Of a stretch of 20,000 bases of DNA, positions 7,686 to 16,400 are shown piece after piece. Positions within the stretch are counted from its first letter, which is position 1. The number at the start of each line of letters is the position of its first letter. Made by a program: the position numbers and the translations under genes. Source of the stretch: an uncultured virus (IMG/VR IMGVR_UViG_3300046462_000389) (lineage: Duplodnaviria; Heunggongvirae; Uroviricota; Caudoviricetes); IMG/VR virus record IMGVR_UViG_3300046462_000389. One strand, given 5' to 3'. The notes under the pieces were generated by a model, which saw nothing but the letters and a program-made list of their open reading frames with translations, was not told the origin of the DNA and made no database searches.

Positions 7686-8096
7686 ATGGCGTATGACGAA
7701 GCCATCCGGAATGTCACGCTGACTGCTGACAGCAGCCTGGCGGGCTACACCGGAGTGCCTGGTACCCCCGGGGCGGCTGACCCGAACTACGGGAAAGCCC
7801 AGTACCGGTTTGTCAAGGTGACCGGTGCCAAGCAGTGTGGACTTGCCACGGCAGTTGCTGACCATGTCGTGGGCGTAGCCCAGAACAAGCCCCAGGTAGC
7901 CGGACAAGCCGTCACGGTCGCCATCCGAGGCATCTCCCAGGTGCTCAGCGGAGGGGTCTTCATCCCTGGGGACCTGATCGACACCGACGCCACCGGACGA
8001 GCCGTGAAGTCCGGGGCCGGGAACGGTATCGGTATCGCGATCGAAGCATCTGGCGGGGCGAACCAGTTGTCCTCCGTCCTGCTTCGGTGCAACTGA
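7686..8096 (+). CDS. Capsid decoration/cement protein, DUF2190-like (136 aa)
   Basis: GAGGAGG RBS; small Gly-rich beta-type protein VVGVAQNKPQVAGQAVTVAIRGIS...GDLIDTDATGRAV...IGIAIEA directly upstream of the capsid gene. Confidence 0.75.
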   Translation: MAYDEAIRNVTLTADSSLAGYTGVPGTPGAADPNYGKAQYRFVKVTGAKQCGLATAVADHVVGVAQNKPQVAGQAVTVAIRGISQVLSGGVFIPGDLIDTDATGRAVKSGAGNGIGIAIEASGGANQLSSVLLRCN

Positions 8097-8110
8097 GAGA
8101 GGAGTGAGCG

Positions 8111-9127
8111 ATGCCTAACCCGACCCAGGCGGATCTTCACGTCAATGTGCCGCTGACCAACGTCAGCGTGGCGTACATCCAGAACGCCAGTAATTTCATT
8201 GCGTCGAAGATCTTCCCCCGCGTGCCAGTGTCCAAGCAGTCGGATCTGTACTGGAAGTACAGCAAGTCCGACTGGCGACGCACTGACGTGCAGCGTCGTG
8301 CCCCGTCGACCGAGACGCCTGGCACGGGCTGGAACGTCACGACGGACCAGTACTTCGCGCATGTCTACGGCGTCCACAAGGACATCGACGACCAGCTGCG
8401 AGCCAACGCCGACTCGGTGTTCCGGCTCGACAGTGACGCGACCAACTTCGTCACCAACCAGCTGCTGCTCAAGCGGGACCTGGACTGGGCTGCTTCCTAC
8501 TTCCGGACCGGTGTCTGGGGCCAGGACATCCAGCTCAAGAAGGCCGGTACCACAGCTGCTGAGGACCAGCGTTGGGATCTCGCCACGAGCGACCCGGTGT
8601 CCTGGTTCGCCACGGCTCAGGTCAACTTCATCCAGCAGACCGGGTTCAAGGCCAACACGCTGGTGCTCGGTGCCTACACCCTGAAGGCGCTGAAGAACCA
8701 CCCGGCGATCATCGACCGGATCAAGTACACCCAGAAGGGCATCGTCACCACCGATCTGATCGCTGAGCTGTTCGATGTCGAGAAGATCCTGGTCAGCTAC
8801 GCCACCCTGAACTCCGGTCCGGACATCCCGGACATGAAGGCTCAGGACGCGGCTGGCGTGATGAACTTCATCTCCAACCCGACCTCGGCACTGCTCTGCT
8901 ACACCACCAACAGCCCCAGCCTGATGCAGCCGACCGCTGGCTACACCTTCACCTGGAACGGCTATCTCGGTGGCAACGCCCAGGGCATCCGGATGAGCCG
9001 CTTCCGCCAGGAGGCGATCCGTTCGGACCGGATCGAGGGCGAGATGACGTACGACATGAAGGTGGTCTCACCTGACATGGGCCTGTTCCTGTCTGATGTG
9101 GTGGGGTCCGCAGCCGACCTGCCGTGA
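8111..9127 (+). CDS. Major capsid protein (338 aa)
   Basis: GAGGAG RBS; N-terminus DLHVNVPLTNVSVAYIQ...FIASKIFPRVPVSKQSDLYWKY and ANTLVLG...ALKNHPAIIDRIKYT are typical of a widespread HK97-fold capsid family; strong codon bias; followed by a terminator-like hairpin. Confidence 0.9.
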   Translation: MPNPTQADLHVNVPLTNVSVAYIQNASNFIASKIFPRVPVSKQSDLYWKYSKSDWRRTDVQRRAPSTETPGTGWNVTTDQYFAHVYGVHKDIDDQLRANADSVFRLDSDATNFVTNQLLLKRDLDWAASYFRTGVWGQDIQLKKAGTTAAEDQRWDLATSDPVSWFATAQVNFIQQTGFKANTLVLGAYTLKALKNHPAIIDRIKYTQKGIVTTDLIAELFDVEKILVSYATLNSGPDIPDMKAQDAAGVMNFISNPTSALLCYTTNSPSLMQPTAGYTFTWNGYLGGNAQGIRMSRFRQEAIRSDRIEGEMTYDMKVVSPDMGLFLSDVVGSAADLP

Positions 9128-9144
9128 TGCGCGAGGAGCACGTG

Positions 9145-9187
9145 AGGGGACGGTACCGATCGGGGGAGAGGTGCCGTCCCTTTGCTC
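9145..9187 (+). terminator. Intrinsic terminator after the major capsid gene
   Basis: Stem AGGGGACGGTACC (9145-9157) pairs with GGTGCCGTCCCTT (9170-9182) with two G-U pairs, a 12-nt loop and a short T-rich tail. Confidence 0.75.
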
Positions 9188-9204
9188 TGTAGAGGAGAGA
9201 ACTG

Positions 9205-9927
9205 ATGGCTAGATACGTCATCGCCCGGAACTTCATGGTGCCGGGTGACCAGATGCTGCAGTACGGGGAGATCGCTCCGCCTGAGATCGAAGCGAGCCCG
9301 AATCTGCTGTCTCTGGTGTCTGCTCACTACCTCTACGCCTTGCCGGACGAGGGTGACGGTGCCTGGCTGCCACCGCACCTGTACAGCCAGGTGGTCAACA
9401 TCCAGATGCGGCGTGGCTTCATCCGGGAGGGCGAACCACCGAACCTGGGCATCAACTGGACCAAGCCTCCGGCAGTCGAGCGCTCCGAGGAACTGCTCGA
9501 CGTGGAGGCAGCGAGCCACGAGGCCAACCGGATCTTCGCGGAGCAGAAAGCGCAGCGGGTGATCGAGCGGGAGCGGACCTTCCGGCTCTCTCCGCGACCG
9601 GTAGAGCTTCCCCCGGAGAAGGTGCTGATCGACTCCAAGTACGGGGAGGCCATGTCGTCAGGGACCGATCACATCATCCCGCCAGATGAGGTCGAGGTCC
9701 CCGACGAGGTGGCTGACTATGACCCGTACGCCGACGAGGACCAGCCCGTTCCGGCCGAGCCTGGCGAGCCAGCAGAGACCGACGAGGAGAACGACAACGA
9801 CTACACCAGGGCTGATCTGCAGGAGCTCGGTCACACCTGGAACGATGACCACCCCGATGACCGGATTGCCCTGAACCAGTCCAAGGCTGAGCTGGAGGCT
9901 GCTCTGCGAGAGCGCGGGGCGCTGTGA
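9205..9927 (+). CDS. Head-associated hypothetical protein (240 aa) with acidic linker and C-terminal helix-extension-helix (Rho-N/HeH-like) motif
   Basis: GAGGAG RBS; C-terminus YTRADLQELG...IALNQSKAELEAALRE resembles the HeH motifs common in genes right after capsid genes. Confidence 0.55.
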   Translation: MARYVIARNFMVPGDQMLQYGEIAPPEIEASPNLLSLVSAHYLYALPDEGDGAWLPPHLYSQVVNIQMRRGFIREGEPPNLGINWTKPPAVERSEELLDVEAASHEANRIFAEQKAQRVIERERTFRLSPRPVELPPEKVLIDSKYGEAMSSGTDHIIPPDEVEVPDEVADYDPYADEDQPVPAEPGEPAETDEENDNDYTRADLQELGHTWNDDHPDDRIALNQSKAELEAALRERGAL

Positions 9928-10418
9928 GCTTCACCTACGATGATCCGGCCAACACCAGGAACGAGGCTCTGCGGTTCCTGGTGGGTGATGTCGACCCGTC
10001 CCAGCCCCTGCTGCAGGACGAGGAGTACAGCTACCTGATCACCATCTGGGGCGTCTACAGCGACTACAAGGTCGCTTCCTACTGCGCGGCAGCCATTGCT
10101 GCCAAGCTCGCCCGCGAGGTGGATGTCAGCTCGGATGGTCAGTCTCTGGGGACCAGCCAGCTGCAGGAGAAGTACGAGAAGCTCTCCGTCACCCTGCGGG
10201 ATCAAGACACAGCTACCTTCCCCGGGGATATCTTCATGGGCGGTGTAGACCCCGGGGAAGGTGTCTACCCCGGGACCAACCCACTGGCCTTCGGCACCGG
10301 GATGCACGACAACCCAGCGGCAGGCACCCAGGACTACGGTGACTACCAGGACCAGTACGGATACGGCCCCTACGACGCCGACTGGCGCGTCAAGTGGGGC
10401 ATGAGCGATGTGCCGTAG
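9924..10418 (+). CDS. Head-to-tail adaptor (164 aa)
   Basis: GTGA overlap; SFTYDDP...ALRFLVGDVDPSQPLLQDEEYSYLI...AAAIAAKLAREVD is a typical adaptor N-terminus; synteny. Confidence 0.75.
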   Translation: MSFTYDDPANTRNEALRFLVGDVDPSQPLLQDEEYSYLITIWGVYSDYKVASYCAAAIAAKLAREVDVSSDGQSLGTSQLQEKYEKLSVTLRDQDTATFPGDIFMGGVDPGEGVYPGTNPLAFGTGMHDNPAAGTQDYGDYQDQYGYGPYDADWRVKWGMSDVP

Positions 10419-10427
10419 GAGGCCACC

Positions 10428-10871
10428 ATGGGCTTGGCACCTGATGGCTCTCCGTTCAACCTGCGGATCAGCCCGTACGCGCTGACCTACCTGCGTGAGC
10501 GGGCTACTGACCTGATGAACTGCGCGATCATCGCTTCTGAGCCGGTGGTGAGCTACGACGCGCTTACCCGGCGTGAGACCTCTGGTGTGGGATCGGTGAT
10601 CTACGACGGTCCGGCCCGGGTCTGGCAGGTGCCTTCCTCGGCTCAGGTACAGGTCGGTGAAGACCAGGTCACCATCACCCAGACGATGCTCTCAGTGCCC
10701 TGGGAGACGCCGTCCTTCTCCTTGGACACCTTGATCCTGGTGACTGCTGCCGACGACGACGATCTGGTCGGTCGCAGTCTGAACATCGAGTCTTCGGTTC
10801 GTGGCGGAGGGCTTCGTGCTTCTCGCCAGTTCAGCGTCTCCATCTCCACCTCGAAGCGGGAGAGCTGGTAG
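10428..10871 (+). CDS. Head-to-tail stopper / head closure protein, DUF6093-like (147 aa)
   Basis: AGGAGG RBS; VIYDGPARV...LSVPW pattern; position after the adaptor. Confidence 0.65.
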   Translation: MGLAPDGSPFNLRISPYALTYLRERATDLMNCAIIASEPVVSYDALTRRETSGVGSVIYDGPARVWQVPSSAQVQVGEDQVTITQTMLSVPWETPSFSLDTLILVTAADDDDLVGRSLNIESSVRGGGLRASRQFSVSISTSKRESW

Positions 10872-11321
10872 ATGGCCATCGAGTACTCCGCCGTGACGGA
10901 GCTGTCCAAGAACATGCAGCGGGCAGCTGACAACGCCCCCAAGATCGTGAACACCTGGTTGCACCAGATGGTCGGTCCTGATCTGGTGCGGGAGATGAGT
11001 CAGCGGGCACCCTACAAGACCGGCAACCTGCGTAACCACATCCGTCAGATCAACCTGCCGGGTCAGGTGACGGTCGGTCCCTACGGTGTGGGCTACAACG
11101 AGTACGTGGTGCAGGGCACCAAGCCGCACGACATCAAGCCGAAGAAGGGCAAGTACCTGGTCTTCCAGATCAACGGCAGGAAGGTCTTCGCCAAAAAGGT
11201 GCACCACCCGGGCACCAAGCCGAACCCCTACATGACCGACTCAGCAAATGTCGTGATGCGTCGGATGGTCCCGAAGCTCACCGGTCTGACGGTGCAGGTC
11301 CTGAGGACCGGCAATGTCTAA
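10872..11321 (+). CDS. HK97 gp10-like neck/tail completion protein (149 aa)
   Basis: APYKTGNLRNHI, YNEYVVQGTKPHDIKPK and VHHPGTKPNPYM motifs. Confidence 0.85.
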   Translation: MAIEYSAVTELSKNMQRAADNAPKIVNTWLHQMVGPDLVREMSQRAPYKTGNLRNHIRQINLPGQVTVGPYGVGYNEYVVQGTKPHDIKPKKGKYLVFQINGRKVFAKKVHHPGTKPNPYMTDSANVVMRRMVPKLTGLTVQVLRTGNV

Positions 11322-11778
11322 CACCTCACCGAACCGGAGATTCCTCACCGACTGGATGAAGGACTTGTTGACGACATCTGGTCTGAAGACCGATATCGCC
11401 GTGGCTCCACTGGACGCTGGGTGGAATGACAACCCTCGGCTGAACGGTTCCTACTTCGACGCGTACACGGTCATCCTGCCGCTGGCGAGTGCCGATTCAG
11501 AGGGTCCACTCAATGACATGGGAGGCATCTGGACCCTCCCGTATTCGCTGAGTTCGTACGCCATCAGCTCTGCTGCAGTCGAGGATCAGGCGGACACCGC
11601 TCGTAGAATCGTGCATGAGGCTAACCGCTCGACTGTTGATCTGGGCGGCACTTTCTGGAGGGTGATGAGCACGATGACCAGCTCGATCGGGGGCGTGGAC
11701 ATCAACTACCAGGTAGAGCCGCCGCAGCTGATGCAACGAGATGTGGTCTCGCTGCGGATCACCAAGAAGGAGACCTGA
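11314..11778 (+). CDS. Tail terminator protein (154 aa)
   Basis: 8-nt overlap with the gp10-like gene; size and position upstream of the tail tube gene; YTVILP...YSLSSYA...VEDQAD pattern. Confidence 0.6.
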   Translation: MSNTSPNRRFLTDWMKDLLTTSGLKTDIAVAPLDAGWNDNPRLNGSYFDAYTVILPLASADSEGPLNDMGGIWTLPYSLSSYAISSAAVEDQADTARRIVHEANRSTVDLGGTFWRVMSTMTSSIGGVDINYQVEPPQLMQRDVVSLRITKKET

Positions 11779-11981
11779 TGGCTGAGTCTGAGGACTACCG
11801 GGACAAGGCAGACAACCGTGGCTACGTCACCGTGAAGAAGGATGGCGAAGAGGCCCAGGTTGTTCCGTCCTCAGCCCATGTCTGGGTGGATCGTGGCTGG
11901 TCTGTGGTGAACCCGGCAGAGAAGAAGACGCCCACCCGGAAGCGCGCTCCCGCAAAGACCGCAGAGCCCAAGGAGGGCTGA
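11778..11981 (+). CDS. Small hypothetical protein (67 aa)
   Basis: AAGGAG RBS and TGATG overlap; AQVVPSSAHVWVDRGWSVV plus a basic/Pro tail, typical of small genes preceding actinophage tail tube genes. Confidence 0.7.
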   Translation: MAESEDYRDKADNRGYVTVKKDGEEAQVVPSSAHVWVDRGWSVVNPAEKKTPTRKRAPAKTAEPKEG

Positions 11982-11984
11982 GCC

Positions 11985-12464
11985 TTGACTCGCATCATCC
12001 CGAACGAAAACACCTTCATCGGCTTCGCTGTCACCTGTGCCGACCTCCAGGCCCCGAAGGCTTCGGAGGTGGCTGGTTCGGTCGATCTGACCGGGTACTG
12101 CCTGAGCATCAACGCCTCGACCACGGGCAACACGGTGCCGACCCCTGCGCTGGACAGCCTGTTCGAGACCAGCATCGCTGGCACCGTCCAGGGCTCGTTC
12201 ACTGCCGACTTCTACCGCGATGACGAGGATGACCTGGCCTGGGAGACCCTCCCGCGCAAGACCAAGGGCTACATGTTCATCTCCCGGTTCGGTGGCTCCA
12301 GTCCCAACGGGACGATGCCGATCTCCGGTGACGACATCGAGGTCTGGCCGATCCTGGTGGTCTCCCGGACGATGGCTGCCAACGGCTCCAACACGGTGAT
12401 GACCTTCACGGTGACGGCTTCCATCCCGGAGGAGCCTGTCGAGGACGGCGTCGTCGGTACCTGA
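11985..12464 (+). CDS. Major tail (tube) protein (159 aa)
   Basis: TTG start 8 nt after AAGGAGG; ADLQAPKASEV...VDLTGY...FYRD...AWETL...GDDIEVWP motifs of actinobacterial siphovirus tail tubes; directly upstream of the chaperone. Confidence 0.8.
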   Translation: MTRIIPNENTFIGFAVTCADLQAPKASEVAGSVDLTGYCLSINASTTGNTVPTPALDSLFETSIAGTVQGSFTADFYRDDEDDLAWETLPRKTKGYMFISRFGGSSPNGTMPISGDDIEVWPILVVSRTMAANGSNTVMTFTVTASIPEEPVEDGVVGT

Positions 12465-12504
12465 GTAGTAGCGTGTCGTCCAACTCCACCGCCCAAGGAG
12501 AAGG

Positions 12505-12963
12505 ATGAGCACGGACACCAAAGCTGTTGGCTCCAACATCAAGCTCAACCGGTCGTTGACCGAAGACGCAGTGTCTCCTGAAGTACCAGAAGTCCCACAG
12601 GAGACACTGCGTGATCGCTTTCTGAAGAAGAAGCGCCGGGTCGAAGAGCGTCAGATCACCATGGACGGTGACGAGGTCACGGTTAAGATCCAGGCCCTGA
12701 CCCAGCAGCAGCTCGACGACCTCTACTCCCACCACCAGAAGCGCCGGAACAGGCAGGTCGACGATGCCCTCGGGGCCAACTCTGAGACCTTCCCGCCCGC
12801 TCTGTTCAGCATGTCCATCATGGAGCCGAACCTGACCCAGGACGAGTGGCACGACCTGTGGGTCTCTCCGGAGTGGTCTCCAGGAGAGCTGGGCCACCTG
12901 CTGGACCTGGTGATGAACGTGACCACCCGTGGCTTCGACCCCCCTTTTGGCGGGCGCGGCTGA
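12505..12963 (+). CDS. Tail assembly chaperone, short form (lambda gpG analog, 152 aa)
   Basis: AAGGAG RBS; position between tail tube and tape measure; ends with a slippery site. Confidence 0.85.
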   Translation: MSTDTKAVGSNIKLNRSLTEDAVSPEVPEVPQETLRDRFLKKKRRVEERQITMDGDEVTVKIQALTQQQLDDLYSHHQKRRNRQVDDALGANSETFPPALFSMSIMEPNLTQDEWHDLWVSPEWSPGELGHLLDLVMNVTTRGFDPPFGGRG

Positions 12964-13409
12964 GAAGTGACCATCAGTTCGCGCTCGAAGTCTCCTGGTG
13001 CTCTGAACACGGGTTACCGCACTCGAAACTGTTGAAGTGGTCCCAGGAAGATCGGGCCAAACTGATCGCTCATCTGCTGGAGGAATCCACTCGTTGCTCG
13101 ATGTGCGGAACCAAATCCTGGGAGTGGGAAGAGAACAAACGGGCCTACATGCCCACCGAAAAGTACTGTCACGGCTGCTATCTGAAACACGTCGGATCAG
13201 AAGACGCCAACGCACTTCCTGGAACCACGATCGAGCTGATGCCCTACGACGCTGCCCTTGTCGAGTCTCAACGCTTACGCTACGAGCAGGCGATTATGAG
13301 TCGGGCGCAGAGCAGGGGCGATAGTGGCGAACGAACAGTACGGGGTAACCCTCACAGCGGACAGCCAGCAGTACCAGCAGTCCCTCAACCAGTCGGTCCA
13401 GTCCACTAA
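12505..13409 (+). CDS. Tail assembly chaperone, -1 frameshifted long form (gpGT analog, about 301 aa)
   Basis: C CCT TTT at 12942-12948 shifts into the open -1 frame (FWRARLRSDHQFALEVSWCSEHGLPHS...WSQEDRAKLIA...CSMCG...CHGC), which is the track ORF 12846..13409. Confidence 0.8.
12942..12987 (+). other. Programmed -1 ribosomal frameshift signal (slippery heptamer plus downstream hairpin)
   Basis: X XXY YYZ-type heptamer CCCTTTT in the correct frame; 12951-12963 can pair with 12974-12987 (13 pairs including two G-U, one bulge). Confidence 0.8.
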
Positions 13410-16400
13410 CTCCCTGACCGATGCCCTGGGTCGCGCCGGGGTGGCGATGCAGGGTCTGTGGCAGAAGACCAACCGGAAGCTCACCTTCATCGCCGCTGGC
13501 GAGGTCGCGGCTATCACTGCGGCCTCGATCGCGGCTGGCAACCTGCAGCAGCAGATGGCCCAGCTGCAGGCCCGCCAGGTGCTCCTGCACCAGGACACCA
13601 ACTCTTACGTCGGCACCGTCTCCAACCTGCAGCGTCAGTACGGACAGACCTCTCAGCAGGCCGTCCAGCTGATCCAGCAGCTGAACCAGCTCCAGGTGCC
13701 GTTCCGCCAGCAGCAGGCTACCGCCCAGAACTACATCCGGATGGCCTCGGTCACCGGGGAGAACGTGAACCAGCTGGCCACCAGTCAGCAGAACTTCATG
13801 CGGGCGATGGGTGGCTCCCAGCGCTCGGTCGAGAACTACTCCTCGATGATGTCCAAGCTGCAGGCCACCACAGGTGCCTCGGCTTCAGCCACTGCTGACT
13901 TCGCCACCTCGATCGCTCCGATCTCGCGCACCCTGGGGATCAACTCCAAGGAGGTGGCCGGGATCTCGGCTGCCTTCGTGAAGAGCGGCCAGGACGGCTA
14001 CGCAGCGGCCAACGTCTACACGAAGATCATGTCCGACATCAACCGGGCAACCCAGTACGGATCGCCTGAGCTGAAGACCTACGCCGATCTGCTCGGGGTC
14101 AGTGTGGACCAGTTCAAGCAGATGCCCAAGGCCGAGGCCATCACCCAGATCTTCGACGATCTGAACAAGCAGGGTCCTCGCGGCATCAAGATGCTGGAGC
14201 AGCTGGGTCTGGAGGGTGTCCGGTCTCAGCGGGCCATCGCCTCGGTGGCTCAGCAGGGTGGCCTGGGTGGGGCCATCAACACCGCCAACGACGCCTACAG
14301 CAAGACCGGTGACTACCAGAAGGCCTCCAAGGAGGCCCTGTCTGGGATGAACGACGAGCTGTCCAAGACCCAGCAGAGCCTGACCGCTGTGGCTCAGGGC
14401 TTCGGCTCGCTGTTCATCCCGATGATCACCAAGGCTGTCCAGGCGGTGAATACCTTCATCTCCCCGCTGGTGAAGCTGACCACCATGCTGGCCTCGATGC
14501 CGGACTGGATGAAGAGCATGGGGGCGCTGCTGGCCGGTGGCGCGGTGGCAGCCAACTTCATCCCCCGCATCATCGCCGGTCTGGCTGGGGCCACCGGTAT
14601 CGCTCAGGTGCTCCGTGGACCGGCCTCGCTCGGAGTCAGGGCAGGGTTCCGCCCGAACAACCTGAACGAGGCCCAGCAGAACTTCATGAAAGGTGAGGGG
14701 ATGGCTGGTCCCCGCACCCTGTTCCGTGCTGGTGAGTTCGTCGGTCGCAACGTCCGTCCCTCCACCTGGGTCGAGCGGTTCGGTGGTGCTGAAGGACTGT
14801 CCCGCTACCAGGACCGGATGGCCAACCTGGGCGGATCAGCTGGCGATCGTTGGCGTCGACTCGGGATCAGTGCAGTCAGTGGTGTGGGCAGCCTGGCCTC
14901 GTCGATGTTCCTGCCCTGGCAGAAGGACTATCTGCAAGACCCCTCGCAGATGCACAAGAACCCATTCGTCTCCCGGATGATGATGACCGACCAGGGCACC
15001 TGGGGCGATCAGTTCAAGAAGTGGTTCGGGGTCACCCAAGAGCAGAAGGATGCCTTCCGGGACGCCACTGGGCGAGAGGCAGCGGCGGGCAACCTGGCGG
15101 CGATCAAGGCACAGACCGGTGCCCTGAACTCCATGAACAAGGAGACCAACAACGCCACCACGGTGATGGGCCAGTTCCGTAAGTCAGCTGGCCAGTTCGC
15201 CAGGGCCGGGCTGAACGCGATGGGCGGGGCAGCCTATGAGGGCGGTCGGATGGGGATGGCCGGTCTCCGTGCCGGAGCTCCCCGCGCCCTTGGTGCGCTG
15301 GGTCGTGGGGTCGGTGCGGTAACCGACTTCCTGGGTGGTCCGGTCGGGCTCGCCATGATGGCCGGTACCGCCGCTGTCGGGGCCTACGGCCAGTACAAGT
15401 CCGGGATCGAAGGTGGCAAGGTCGATGCCGGTGACGATGTCGGTGCTGGTCACACCTACCGCGAAGCACTGGGGATCGCTGCTCGGGCCACCACATCTTT
15501 CGCTGATGTCATCAACGAGAGCGCCCACTCCATCAACGACGCGGTTACCTCGGTAGCCGGGGCCATCCAGGTCAGCGCCAAGGACATCCAGACCGCCAGC
15601 GGCAAGCCGGTCCAGGACCAGAACGTCAAGAACCTGACCGGGACCAACCTGCAGAACTACGTCACGGGCGCGCTGTACGGGGCCTCTCCGCAGGAGGCTC
15701 AGTCGCTGAAGTACGACCTGCTGGCCAAGGGGATGAGCCAATCCGAGGTCCAGCAGATGCTGAACACGGGGACCAACCAGAACACCCCGTTGACCGGGCT
15801 CTACGGAGCGATCAACACCTCGAACCAGACCGGCCTGTGGGGCACCGGGCTGTTCAACCAGTTCGGTCTGTCCAGTGCCAACCAGCAGAACGTCCAGACG
15901 GCCACAGGAACCGCTCAGCAGCAGCTGGCGCTGATCAACCAGCGGCTTGGCCCCCAGGCTGCCAACCAGTTCACCCAGGCCCAGTACGCCGATCTGGTGC
16001 GGGCCAACTACGGTGCTGCCACTGCCAGTGGTGGCTTCGACACTTCGCAGTTCAACGGCACGATGGGCTCGGGTAGTCGAGAGGCTCAGGGCCGTCAGCA
16101 GGCCTTTCTGCAGTTCCTGGGCACCACCGACCCGGAGTCGCTGAAGGCTCTGCAACAGACTCAGACAGACCTGGCCAATCAGATGGGCGGCAGTACTGCT
16201 CAGGGTCAGGGTGGTGGTGCTGGCATCCGGAACCGGTTCGGTGGCCGGAACGCAGTCGGTGGTCAACAGGCCAAGCAGCTGACTGCGGAAGAGCAGAACA
16301 AGCTCATCCGCAACAGCATGAACAAGCTGGCCAACAGCGGCACTCCGGCTGGCGAGAAGATGCGTCAGGCCATGATCGACGCGGGGATGAACCCCAACTT

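Noticed and set aside
144..12548. Many other long minus-strand ORFs (e.g. 144-1025, 1278-2078, 2154-2945, 5950-6618, 7787-8701, 11871-12548)
   Set aside because: All lie opposite well-supported + strand genes and show shadow-type composition.
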